A stretch of 64,000 bases of DNA. Source: Podarcis filfolensis (Eukaryota). Under the pieces are notes generated by a model. That model was given only the letters and a program-made list of their open reading frames with translations. It was not told the origin of the DNA and made no database searches. A program made the position numbers and the translations under genes. The DNA is taken from NCBI GenBank assembly GCA_964270895.1, contig OZ185446.1. The stretch is one strand, 5' to 3'. Of the stretch, positions 1-12,685 are shown piece after piece (position 1 is the first letter of the stretch; each line of letters begins with the position of its first letter).

Positions 1-934
1 TTGCAAGACCTGTCAGTCACTGATTGAGTCCCAGGATCACAGTTATAATTCTAAACTATGGTTTGTCATGACATCTGAACCATCTCTTTTCACTTTTTAC
101 AGATATGTTCATCAGCCTCTGTACTGAAAGCATTTGACATATATGCAAAGTATTTTAAAAGGCATTCAATACAATGCTCATATTTATTGTAGGAATATTC
201 TTTTCCTAATGGAAAGCTTTGTGATTAATTTTCAGTTATTTTGAGACTTATTTATTATGGTTTGCTGAAGCTGGTAAAACTAATAATTAGAAGGGGAACA
301 TATTGGCCATGTTTGGATTCCATTTTCTGAGAAATGTTTTGTTCATACAGATTTGCCTTGTGGGGAATTAGTCAGTGCCATCTAGAAAGGGCAAGTCAGA
401 ATGATAGAAACAGGGATAAACTTAGGGCACACTGCCATTTCCCCACCCCCCCCCACCCCAGTTACCCTGATTTCATTTCTTTCACATCTTTTCTGCCCCA
501 CGGCAGTCGTGGCTGAGAAATTATATTTTAGAGGATTTTCATTGGCACAATATCATAAAACAGTTTTATAAAACAATTTGAACATTGGTGCCAAAGTTGA
601 ATTACAGAGTGATAAGAACCTCTACTTTGTGATTTACTTGGGCTTTATCCATTTTATTAGTGCAATCTCAGTCATTACTGTCCAGGCCAGTAAAGAGCTG
701 AAAGAAATGAAGGTTGGCTGGGAATATGAGAACATAACATGTGCTGTAACTTTGCCACTTCCCTGCCCCTTTTGGATGGCACAAAGACTGGTGCAAAACT
801 CTTATAGAACACAAACAGCAAAGCTGCTGTAACTTCTTGTTTGCCAACAAGATACATGTGCTAATTGTATTGCTGTGCTTACACAGTTGCCAGTTTATTT
901 TATTTTTAACACTCTTTTTTGTCCTTTTCTCCAG

Positions 935-1504
935 GAAGTTTTTTGGGAACTCCAAGTAGTATAAAGTCATCTTCCGGAAGTTCAGTTCAGTCTCCCCAGG
1001 ACTTTTTGAGTTTTACAGACTCGGATCTACGTAATGACAGCTATACTCATTCCCAGCAGACATTGTCGACCAAAGATGTACATAAAGGAGAGACTGGAAG
1101 CCAGGAAGGGGGTGTGAATTGTTTTACTTCCTTAATTGGTCTTCCTTCAACCTCAACTGTTGCCTCCCAGCCTAATATTTTTGACAGCTCACCTGGAGAG
1201 TTGGGTAATTCAAGCCTTACATCAACAGGATACAAGCGTGTTCAGTCCTCTGGGACAGAAGATGAAACTGTAAAGGAAAAGAAGCGGAAAGGAAATAAGC
1301 AGTGTAAACATGGGCCTGGTAGGCCAAAAGGAAATAAAAGTCAGGAGAATATTTCCCACCTATCGGTTTGTTCTGCCTCCCCAACATCATCTGTGGCATC
1401 TGCTGCAGGAAGTATAACCAGTTCTAATTTGCAAAAATCTCCAACGTTGCTTAGGAATGGAAGTCTACAAAGTCTCAGTGTTGGCTCCTCCCCTGTTGGT
1501 TCAG
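935..1504 (+). CDS. MLLT10: MLLT10/AF10 large internal exon (phase 1-1), Ser-rich, with NLS/AT-hook-like KHGPGRPKG
   Basis: ttttctccAG|G at 934/935 and TCAG|GTAGGC at 1504/1505. Translation GSFLGTPSSIKSSSGSSVQSPQDFLSFTDSDLRNDSY...KEKKRKGNKQCKHGPGRPKGNK...LSVGSSPVGS matches AF10 as I recall it. Confidence 0.97.
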
Positions 1505-1579
1505 GTAGGCATATGTTTTACTTTAGAAAGCAGAAGTTTGAGTATATAATATAACATGGAACTTTGGTCTCAATGATTA

Positions 1580-1835
1580 CCGTATTTTTTGCTCTATAAC
1601 TCACTTTTTCCCTCCTAAAAAGTAAGGGGAAATGTGTGTGCGTCTTATGGAGTGAATGCAGGCTGCGCAGCTATCCCAGAAGCCAGAACAGCAAGAGGGA
1701 TTGCTGCTTTCACTGCGCAGCGATCCGTCTTGCTGTTCTGGCTTCTGAGATTCAGAATATTTTTTTCTTGTTTTCCTCCTCCAAAAATTAGGTGCGTCTT
1801 GTAGTCTGGTGCGTCTTATAGAGCAAAAAATATGG
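1580..1835. mobile_element. Non-autonomous Tc1/mariner (Tc2-like) MITE
   Basis: TIRs CCGTATTTTTTGCTCTATAA ... TTATAGAGCAAAAAATATGG; TA on the left and TG (mutated TA) on the right; internal 31-bp inverted repeat. Confidence 0.85.
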
Positions 1836-4800
1836 TGTGTACATCCAGTCTAAGTTGATGCCCCCTAAACTGGCTATCTTGAAAATAGAAAAATTAGCAC
1901 ACACCCCATCACACTATACGCATGTTTGGAATAATGACTAACAAAGATTGAACTTAAAATACTTATAACTAGAAACAAACTGAGGTCTCATCCAATAATG
2001 CCTGTTAAGAAAATGTGTGATGACTTTCTTCGCTTTCTGTTAATATTCTCAGTGTTTCACAAGGATCCCTGATAGACACATCCAAAGATAATTGTTTTGT
2101 TCTGTAATGGCATTTGGTTTTGCTATCAAAGTTTTATTTTTAAAAAATAAAAGCAAAATTAAAGTTTTGCAAATAGTCAAAAAAGTAAAGGAACGTGCTT
2201 AGTAAAGGAACTTGGCTTTGGTTTGAGGGGTTTGGAATACCAAGTGCTGTGATTTTTATTTTTTTTTAAGGTGTAGAAATGTTAGAATTTCAGTGCAAGA
2301 CTATAAACTAGAAAGCCTTCATGGAGGTATGTAATAATTTCTTCACTGGGTGGATTTTAGGTATACTTTATAGAGGCACCACAAAAAGACATTTCCTACA
2401 GTTTGTGTCCAAATATTTAATCAGTGGTGTTGGATGAAAAAATTTCCACAATTACATTTTCCCATGGAACACTTTTCAGATTGAGGGATGCATTATTTTC
2501 TAAAATTAACTAGCAGTGTAATTAATTTGACTATTTGGAGAACTTTTCAGATATTTAAACAGTAAGTAAAATTAATACGAATTTTTAATTTTTATTTAAC
2601 CAGGTCAGACTTACTTGGTTCAGATACCCTTTGATTTAAGATAGATGAATTTATTTATTTTTTTGGATTTCAAGCTTTTCCAGAAAATTCACTCTACTGT
2701 TTTCAATAAGAGATTTCCAACAAACCAGGATATATTTTAATGGTAAAAGGCTAGGGGAAAATAGTAGCAGAAGGTAACAGCTATTTGAATTCCTCTTTCT
2801 GGCTTGCAAACAAGCGGATATTTTGTAACTGGGAAGCAGCTACCAAAACTGCTGTTATTTTAAGCGTACAGTTTCCTTTATTCTAGAATGAAAGCAGTCA
2901 ACAGCATTGTGTGGCTTTTTAACAGGCATTATCTTTCCTGGATGTGCTGTTTCTTCCTTAAAATTCCAACCGCTTCCCTGATAATTGCAACTGTAACTTT
3001 TAAAGAATGATTTAAATATCCTGTGTATGTGAGTTTGAACTTTCTCTCCAAAACTATTCTTCCTCCAACTCTTTATTTCTTGCCTATCAAACTTCAAAAA
3101 TGTTTCTACACAGGAAGTCACTGTTGGCTATTCTTGCTTAACAGTTCTTGAAGAACACAGAACTTTAAGGGAGGGGGACCTGAAATTTGTGTGTATTTTA
3201 GTTTGGGCACATAAAGTAAATTGATGTGGGCAATTTGAAAAGTATGCAGAAAGTACAAGGTCTGTTACACTGCCAGCATCCCCTCCAATTTGTGACAGCC
3301 TTGATATTTAAGTTTTCTTTATGTATGCAATGTTTAGCACTTTCAGGCAAACCGGCAGGATTGAGTAACAACACAGTGTTGTTACCCCTCTATTATATTT
3401 GGAAATGTTATCATTGGAATATGGTCTTTGGGAGCAGAAAGCCCTTTGTGATATAGCTCGATTCATCAAGTACCTATGCAGGAACTATATCAGTTAACCA
3501 GGATCAACACTGCTTTGAAAACAATATACAAGGGGACCTTCAGCTGTCATCTGCACTATATTTTCCATATCTTTTCTACTGAAATATGAAACAGGATGCA
3601 ATTCACGATATTTGGTCTAATAATTTGATGAATTTGGAAATCAACCATTTGAGGATTTCAGAGATGTTGTATTGTTACATATAGTGGCTATTAGTCATGT
3701 TTATATATCTATTTCACATGCAGTCTTGCTTGTCCACTCCTAAATCACGCATACAAGTCTTTGTAGACATGAAACACATGAAACATGAAAGCGGTAAAGG
3801 AAATGACATTTGAGAAAATGCAAATAAAAAATGTGGGGATGATCCATAGAGTGCTGAGTGCTTCCTACATGGGAATTACTGTGATGATTGGCACTCCAAA
3901 GTTCTATACTGGTCAGAAGGACCTTGTTAGAGAGCATAAGAGGTTGGCGTGGAAAGGCCACCTCCAGAAGGCCAACACACATATGCAGAAATCAGTGCAT
4001 GGCTATACGAACATAAGAGCCTGGTGATTCAAGCCAGTGACCCATCTAGTCCAGCATTCTGTTCTCACAGTGGCCAAACAGATGCTTGTGTGATGTCCTT
4101 GAAATAGAAGCAAGTAGGAGAAATACTGCATGCCAACAGCAATTGTATATATAACAACTTGAATTTATGGAGGATAATTTTATCCCCTCTTGTTTTTAAA
4201 ATCCTCATACAGCATCTTGAGTGTGCTAATGTGTTCCATACATGTTTGGTTTTCTGCTACTACAACTTCCACCGTTCAAGTTTGTAGGCATGCATGAACT
4301 ATTTCTAGTGAAACTGCTCTGAATACATTTGTAGGCATAATGATTGAAATTCCTGCATGCCCATTAATGTTTCACAAGAGTAGGCCTTACGTTGTGCAGA
4401 GTGGAGGCTGGAAATCCAGTTTTGCCTAGCTGTGTTTTCATTGCAGCATCAGTTGTGGGACAGGGTAGGGTAGAGGAGTTTCTGCGGTTTTCAAATATTC
4501 CATCTTTCTTGCCAGATATTCCACCCAAAATCCTGCCTTTACTAATTAGTCTAACTCCAGGTACACTCAGTGACACAAAATAGTGATTCTGTTTATATAC
4601 TCCCAACTGGCTTCCTAATTGACTGAGCTTGCTGAGGTGTTCTAGGAAATGGTTTTGTGGACCCCTCAGACTGTTGTTGCTGGGGAATGTCAGTAGAAAC
4701 AACTTGGGGCTTAGTGGCTACCTTGGAGCTCTCCCAGTGTATAGTTGGACAGGCACATAGCAGGTGCCCCAGATTTGATACTCTCTGCTGATAGGATGTT

Positions 4801-5592
4801 GGTGATCTTAGAGTCAGGAATATTTTGACCCCTTTTTTGTCATTAACAGGTAAACATCTGGTGAGGATTGGCGTTTCAGCACCTTAGTTATTTGTAAACA
4901 ATGGCAGAGAGATTAAAATTTTCTGTTCCTGGTGGCTGATGGTTTTCAGAAAGCTCATTGGAAGTTTTCAGTTGACTAACATGACTAACCTTTGGAACAG
5001 GGAATCGGTTCAGGTGAATGCCATTATTTGCTTGCTGGAGCTGATTCTTGAAGAGCTGAGACTAATGAGGCAGTTAGGATGATAGTGCAAATGCTGTGGT
5101 GGAAAACTTGACAAGCAGAGCTTTTCATTGCTGTTAGAGATATCTCATAACCAGGTTAGAAATGTGATCATGGGAGATCCTCAGCAATTCACTGTGGTTA
5201 TTTGCAAGGCACTTAAGAGTTGCTGATATCCTTTCTATCTTGGGCAGTACAATGTGTACATGTCTGCTGTTCAACACATCCAGTGCATCCATTAGTAGGC
5301 TTGTTTGGGTGGGTTGCAGTTTTGTCACCCAAGGATGTGTACAAGATTCTTGGAGTGCTTAGGCCTACCACCTGCTTGGCCTAATATAGCTGATTTTGGC
5401 TGATTAGACTTTACTTCAAAAATGGTTCCATTCAATTAATGTTCCCCTAAGGAAATGTGGGAATACTGCCCACATTTTTGTAAGAGAGGATGATAAAACC
5501 TTAAATGGATGAGGAAACCTTTTCCTCAATCCCTTAGACCAGAGTTTCCCAAACTTATTATTTTGTCCCCCTTTCAGTAAAAAAAATACTCA

Positions 5593-5866
5593 GTGAGCTC
5601 CCGTTGCTCGGTCCCTGCTCCTGCCAACCTAGCAGTTTGAAAGCACGTCAAAGTGCAAGTAGATAAATAGGTACCGCTCCGGCGGGAAGGTAAACGGTGT
5701 TTCCGTGCGCTGCTCTGGTTCTCCAGAAGCGGCTTAGTCATGCTGGCCACATGACCCGGAAGCTGTACGCCGGCTCCCTCGGCCTATAAAGCGAGATGAG
5801 CGCCGCAACCCCATAGTCTGCCACGACTGGACCCAACGGTCAGGGGTCCCTTTACCTTTACCTTTA
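5593..5866 (+). mobile_element. Sauria/Squam1 SINE, 5'-truncated
   Basis: Body GTGAGCTCCCGTTGCTCGG...GTAGATAAATAGGTACC...GTCATGCTGGCCACATGACC; (TTTACC)n tail. Confidence 0.9.
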
Positions 5867-6123
5867 ATCTTCACACTAGGAGATGTTGATGATGGATGGC
5901 CCAGTCGTTTAAATTTGCCTGTTCTAAAGGAGGTCACACTTCCCAGTAGGAGCAGTTTTGCAGATTGTATGGCTAGGTGGCATCTGTGTCCTGGTCTACC
6001 TTTTCAGCTCCAGCTAATTTGCCACATGTGTCCTTTTGGGGGAAATCTAGCCACTATTATATATGTTCTGGTAACTTCAAACTATTCTAATGTGCTGCAC
6101 ATGAAGCAGCCACTGCAGCTTTT

Positions 6124-6749
6124 TTTTTAAAAAAAGATAATATTTATTAAAGGTTTAAAGATTACAGAAAAAAAGAAGAATGAAAAAATGAAAAATTAAA
6201 TACATAAGAAAGCAAAAAAGCAAAAAACAATACAGTAAAACAGAAAAAAGAAAAACAAAAGCATTTAAAAACACATCCAATATTTCCATATCTTTATCTT
6301 TCATTTACTTGTTTCATCGACCTCTTCACACCTCCCTTTTTTTGTATTCTAGTTCAATTAGCTGTTTCAGCAAATCCTTTCCATCTTACTCAATTTTTGT
6401 TCCATAATTTATCTTAACCCAGTCTAACCTTAAATTTTCCACTTTGACCCATTAACAATCTATTTTTACTTAATTCTTTATAACCTTTCTGCTAAAGCCA
6501 TGTAACTTCATTCCAGCATCCTTCTAACATTCCTTAATTTTACAGTATTTCTGTAATTAAACCGACTCTTCTCCCTGGTCTCGGATTCTGCCAGTCATTT
6601 CCGCCAGTTCCATGTAGTCCATCAACTTCATCTGCCATTCTTCCCGGGTGGGTAAATCTTGTGTCTTCCAATGCTTTGCGATAAGTATTCTTGCTGCTGT
6701 TGTAGCATACATAAAGAAAGTTCTATCCTTCTTTGGCACCAATTGGCCG
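6124..6749 (-). mobile_element. 5'-truncated L1-clade LINE (ORF2 C-terminus plus 3'UTR plus poly-A)
   Basis: Translation GQLVPKKDRTFFMYATTAARILIAKHWKTQDLPTREEWQMKLMDYMELAEMT; T-run tail at the left; 16-bp TSD AGCCACTGCAGCTTTT at 6108-6123 and 6750-6765. Confidence 0.9.
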
Positions 6750-8416
6750 AGCCACTGCAGCTTTTGAAAAGTTCTGAACTGGCTGAAAACATGGTAGTTG
6801 GGGGATAGATACCAGGAACATATTGCATCAGTATTAAAATAATGTCACTTGTTGCCACTTACCTTTTGGGTACTACTTTTTACCTTCAATGCCCTAAACA
6901 TTTGGGAGCACTTTTCCCATACCATCCGTGCCATAAACTTAGATTGTCTTCTGCTCTAGTGCCCAGCCATTAGAAGCTAGGTTTATGGGGCTCTCTCAGT
7001 AGTGGTACCCTCCTTTTGAACTCTCCAAAGAGCAGTCTCTTTTGCTGCTGCCTTGTTGATCTGGGAGACCAAAAGGTGGGATATAAACTTAGTACAAGTC
7101 TGTACAGGCAATTGGGTTATGATGTGTCATTTCTTCAGTTTTCTATAAGTACTTCAGTTCCCAGAAATAGCTCTTGCTTAAAGTGTAAGTGGCAACTGCC
7201 TTTTTGTAAATATTTCTTAAGAAAATAAAAGTTAAGACGCCTTCTTAGGATCAATCATCGTTGAGCATCTGGAATCAATTTACCATAGAACACATTCCTG
7301 GTAGCTCATTTGCAAGATAGCAATCAGCCCTTAACTTCAAAAAGCCTGTTTAAAAAGTTGTTGAGGAAGAAAAAACAAAATATGTTGTTTGAGGTTTATA
7401 AAGGAAAATTAAGGCTCCATATAAAGATGATTTTGGATGCTATATAATATCTCCTGTGATGCTAAACATTGGTATTAAATATTCAAAACTGTGAATGCTC
7501 AGGTTTATTCAGACAAGGGTATGTGTAGGGAGAAAAAAATACAAAAGCACCCAAGCTGGTATTTTGAGCAATATTTACATTCACAACAAGCAGAGGAAAA
7601 TATATTTCAAACAGTGATTTTTGAAGATTCTACTTTGCCTCTTGTTGAAATAATTAATATATTTGCAAACACAACTATTGCCTTTTCCAACTTGGTGCTG
7701 TCAACTAAAATAAAGAGGGGCTGTGGTAAGTTGCGGAGTGTGTGTGTGCGCATGCACGCGCGCAAAAGGGTTGTTTGTGCTTTCTAGGATGTTTCGATTT
7801 CTGAAGCCATCCTTGGAAGGAATGCTCTCTCATTCTTTATTAACTCTATCACTGAAAGCTAGCTGAAAATGAAGGGTGCTTATTCTCAGGCTTGTAGAGC
7901 AGCCATCAAAAATGTGTCTATACACACATTCGTTGTCTGCATATATAGCCAGTGCTCTTATTCAGTCTCAAGACTAGTGGGGCCTGAGAAAAAGGCATTA
8001 CCTTAAGGATGCATGGTCAAGGTACTGTATAATTACTGAGATTCACACCAAATTAGGTAGTGTTTGGAAGACGTAAGTTCTTCCACAGTGACCGGAATTT
8101 GTATTCCTGTCCCTTACTTTGGCAGAATCTTCCATTATATACTCATGCTGCCATAAGTTCGGTGTGTCCAGAAATAGCTGTTATGTTGCTCACCTCTGAG
8201 TCCACTTTCAGTCCACTTTCCAAGATTGCTATGATTCATTTTTCCTCGTTTCCTCATTGCTTCTTCCTCATTTACATCTCCCTGCATGTTCATCAGCAGT
8301 AATTTCTCATCAGTAATTTTTATTTCCCCCCTCCCAAACATCATTAGTAGTAGTAATGTGATTCTGTAAGTGCTATAAGCCTGGCAAAAGCCTGTAATAT
8401 TTGCGTATATTTGTCT

Positions 8417-8610
8417 TATTTATTATTAAATTCATATCCCACCTTCCTCCAATGAGCTCAAGATTATATACAAGGCTCTCTTTTTCCCCATTTTATCATC
8501 ACAACCCCTCTGTGAACTATGTTATGTTGAGAGGCAGTGAGCTGCTTTTCCAAGTGAGGATTTTAACCCTGGGTTTCTAGGTCCTGGTCTAAGACTCTTA
8601 ACAAATGCTA
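8417..8610 (-). mobile_element. Old tRNA-derived SINE (Squam3/MIR-like)
   Basis: On -: TAGCATTTGTTAAGAG...CCCAGGGTTAAAATCC head, CACAGAGGGGTTGTG core, GAAGGTGGGATATGAATTTAATAATAAA tail. Confidence 0.6.
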
Positions 8611-9847
8611 TGAGAGTAATGTTTTACTTTAATCGTGTTTTGATTTAACAATGTTAAGTAAGGAATATACAGTAGCTACATTTAATACTGAGAATTTTAA
8701 TCATGCAAATAGATATGAAGGGGTGGACAAATTTGTTGTGGCAGTTGCTGGTGTCACAAAGTCACTAAGTCAATATGCCCTCAGCCTGCCATGATTTAAA
8801 ATACACAATGTATGCCTACAGATAAAATAGCTTTTAATAAACTTATCAAATATAGAATGATAGGAAGTAAAACCTGGTGCAACATAATAATAAAGGCAAA
8901 ACCTTCTTTGAAGGTTTATGGATATCAATAAAATATGCATATTGCTGAATGGAAAGTTACTGTATGGAAAACAATCCATGACTTATATAACATTTCTTAG
9001 ATATGTTTTCTAATACTATCATTTCATTCATAAAATAAGCAATATGATTGAATGCGCTCAGGAAGCCTTTAAAAAAAATCAATATAATAGCTGTTAGAAA
9101 ACCCTTTTTACAGGTAAGTGATCAGAGCAATAGCAGCAGAGAGATGTATTCTTCTTTATTGAAACCCACATCTATACATATATTCTTTTGTGTGTATATT
9201 AAAACAATTTTAACATGGAGTTCTTTTTCTCCAAACTCAAAAGCTGTCTTGTAGTTTATGAATACTGTAGAGGATGGTAAGTTATATTAGAATGTTCTCC
9301 ACAGGTTCATTTATCACAAAAGGTAGTCTTTTGTGCAAAATTCTGATTGAAGGTCTGTATGTTCTATTGATTGGATGAAATCCAAGGTTATAGTGAGTCA
9401 ATTGTTCAGTACCTCAGTGAAAACTTTGTAGATGCCTGCAGGAGGCTGATAGGTCAATAGTTCCTCAGGTTCCTTTTATTACAGTTTTTGTGTGTAGCAA
9501 AATGAAAATAGTGTTATTCTACTACTAACACTTTTTTCTCTTTAATTATTTTTGTGACTGGCTTTCCTAGATTCCATTCATAGCTGTGCAGTACGGAGGT
9601 ATACCTCAAGCTGCCTTACACTTTTTACCAGCTATTATTTTAAAAAAAATACATGGAAAGATATTTAGTCTTAAACATTATTTCTTAGTTCATTATGCAA
9701 TCCAAGGTTGCACCCCAATGGCATTCAGAGAGCTAAAAGTCAACTATTTTAATTAGGCGCTAGTTAGTATGTCCCTGAAATGTTCTGAATATTGGTTCTG
9801 GCCTTTTGATTATGTATTTATAGCTAGTAGGGAAGAAGTGGCAATTT

Positions 9848-10890
9848 AGAATTCTAGGGTGGAAAGGGACCTCAACAATTCATTTCATCTACTGTCGCCC
9901 TGCTGATACAGGAAACCCACTACTATAGCATCCCTGATAGGTTGCCATTAGCTTTCTGCTTAAAAACCTTCTAACAAAGGAGAATTCACAATTTTTCAGG
10001 CAATCTGTTCTACTGTTTAATAGCTGATTTTTTTGTTGATTGAAACAATCATTCTTCCAAATGTTTGTCTAAATTCTTTCCCCTGAAATTTGAATCCATT
10101 GCTTAAGATCCCACCGTCTCGAGCAACAGAAAACAAAATGGTTGTTTCATCTGCATGACGCTGCTTAATAGTCTTATCTTCAGGTTAAACATGCACATCC
10201 TTCAACCTTGCCTCATAAAATCTCCAGCCCCTCTCCATCTTTCTCATCCTTCTTTGAACACATTCTAGTTTGTCAGTGTTCTTTTAAACTGCAGTATCGA
10301 GAACTGGACACAGGAGAAGTATAAGCAAAGCAGAATAGAGTAGTACCTTTTTTGCAATCTGGACACTATACTTCTCTAGATGCAACCTAGAATTCCATTT
10401 GCTATTTGTGCTATCACATCATACTGCTGACTTATATGTAGCATGTGGTATACTAAAATCACTAGATCACTTCCACATGTAAGGTTATCAAACCCAGTGT
10501 AATCCAGGGAATCAACATCAGTAAGAGAAAAACTTACTGAAATCAGGTTTCCTAAAGTCTTGGGTGCACATCTGACTAGGTTAAGCTTTCTCTTTCCTCA
10601 GTATCATGAATCCCAAGATGTTGTGGTCACTTACATTCTCTGCTGTTTCACCTCAGCAGCCCAACCAGTTCTTATGGTTGATGAATATCAGGTGTAGGAT
10701 AGCAGGTCCCCATGTTTCTTCTTTCACTTTGTGGAAGATAAAATTTTCAACAAGACAGGTCGAGAATTTGTTAGACTTTTAAATCTAAGCAATGTTCGCC
10801 TTCCAATAGATATCTAGAGAGTTGGAATCTTCCATTGCTACCATCTCTCCCCTCTTTGAGAATGTGGTAGGTAATCTGATCTAGGAAGGT
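9848..10890 (-). mobile_element. Decayed CR1 LINE with large internal deletion
   Basis: CR1-type 3' end (agaattctagggtggaaagggacctc on +). The other end translates on - as VAMEDSNSLDIYW..SNKFSTCLVENFIFHKVKEETWGPAILHLIFIN, resembling the CR1 endonuclease, with stops. Confidence 0.75.
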
Positions 10891-11017
10891 ATCATCCTTG
10901 TTTTCTACCTAAGTTTTTGTACCAGTCTTCCACAATGATATTGGGTTGTATTGAATGTAGTGCTAAGAACAACAGTTCAACACTGCAAAGATTTGTCATT
11001 GTGCAATGGAACATTCT

Positions 11018-11272
11018 CCAGTGTGGTGTAGTGGTTAAGAGCGGTAGACTCGTAATCTGGTGAACCGGGTTTGATTCCCCGCTCCTCCACATGCAGCTGC
11101 TGGGTGACCTTGGGCTTGTCACACTTCTCTGAAGTCTCTCAGCCCCACTCATCTCACAGAGTGTTTGTTGTGGGGGAGGAAGGGAAAGGAGATTGTTAGC
11201 CGCTTTGAGACTCCTTAGGGTAGTGATAAAGCGGGATATCAAATCCAAACTCCTCCTCCTCCTGCTCTTCTT
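11018..11272 (+). mobile_element. Squam3-type SINE, near full length
   Basis: Box A (GTGGTGTAGTGGTT) and box B (GGGTTTGATTCCC); CORE-like CTGGGTGACCTTGGGC; 3' GCCGCTTTGAGACTCC...GCGGGATATCAAATCCAAA; (CTC/CTT)n tail. Confidence 0.88.
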
Positions 11273-11685
11273 GCTGTCCAAGCAGCTTGACCAATTACAT
11301 TTTAGAATCTAAAAGCTAGACTTTTAAGTTTCTGACCAACCCATTATAGGAAGAGTTAAGGCTACCCTATGTGGGTGATAATTATTACTCAATGTAGCAA
11401 TTTATGATTGTTTAAATAATTGTCCTTTTAACCTTAAAATATTTTCCAGGTTATAGTTATAATCCTCAAGCCAAACAAAAAAACCAATCCCCCTACCCTA
11501 CCTGCAAACAGTTGTAAATTTGTTTGTGCCACTTCACAATAGGTTTGTTCTTGTTTCATATGCCTTTTAATGAACTCCTTGTTTTTATATAAAATGCAGT
11601 AGAGGGCCTTCTTTAGATCCAACTAATGTAGTACTAATTTGGTTCATGAATCCAGAAAGACGTTTGTATGTGTGCTTTCTTTCAG

Positions 11686-11864
11686 GCATTTATAGCAGCA
11701 ATGATGTAGCAGTGTCCTTTCCAAACACAGTGTCTGGCTCAGGATCTAGCACTCCTGTTTCCAGTTCACATTTACCTCAGCAGTCTTCTGGTCACGTACA
11801 GCAAGTGGGAACTTTGTCTCCGTCTTCTACACCTTCTGTAACTACAACTGTTGCTACAACTCAG
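11686..11864 (+). CDS. MLLT10: MLLT10 exon (phase 1-0)
   Basis: tttctttcAG| acceptor and CAG|GTAGGT donor; GIYSSNDVAVSFPNTVSGSGSSTPVSSSHLPQQSSGHVQQVG...ATTQ. Confidence 0.96.
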
Positions 11865-12685
11865 GTAGGTTGGTTTTTTTATTGGTGAGAAATTCTGACA
11901 CGACAAATGAGCCATATTGGCTATTTGTATTTCGGTTAACTAAATACAAATATTCGAACAATATAATATGTTAAGTCTTACATTCCTTGGATATTTTATG
12001 TAGAAAGGCAGGATAAAAATACTTTAATACCTAACCTTCTCATATTTGTGACTTCCCGTTAGTTTCTCTTCACTTGTTTCATAAAACTTCTGCAAATATT
12101 ATTCAAAGTGTCTGCACACCGTGGTTTCAATATTAGCATTACGACAGATTTCCACCCCCCACCCCCCGTTGTGCCAGTGTTTGCCTTCCAAAGCTAATCC
12201 TTTCTATAAGTGCCTTATAAGATCTCTGTTGAAAGTAGACATTATAATTGGGTTATAACTAAAGCTGCAATCCAAACCCCCTTTATTCCTGGCTGGGGGT
12301 GGTAGTGGTTTGGATTGGGCAGAAGTGTTCCTCTATCTAGTCATGCTGGCCTTTGCCTGCATGGTAAAGTCAGCATCACTTTGCCAGACTGCAACTGCTT
12401 GTTTTGTTTGCCAGGTGGGCAGAAATGTTGGTGGTGGGATCCCCACTAGCAGCAGCCAGTGGAAAGGCCCAGAATGTACCTGGGGAGCAGTTGAATTAGC
12501 CTGGGATCTGCTGGATATGCCTAAGCCAGCGCCACCGCCATCATGTGACAGCATCAGACTCAGTTTAGGCCTGATCTCCCACCCCTTCTGCCCTGGCCAG
12601 CAGGGTTGCCAGTGTGGGTTGCTTCTTCTCTGGCAGAGTTTAGATTGCACCCAAAGTCAGCATGCACAATGATGAAGATGTATGC

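Noticed and set aside
919-934. Start of the 211-aa ORF as a gene start
   Set aside because: It lies in the polypyrimidine tract; the ORF is an internal MLLT10 exon plus intronic read-through.
6557-6742. 61-aa ORF as a host gene
   Set aside because: It is the ORF2 tail of the TSD-flanked L1.
11018-11085. tRNA-like A/B boxes (also at the heads of the other SINEs)
   Set aside because: They are SINE heads continuing into SINE bodies, with no cloverleaf or acceptor stem.
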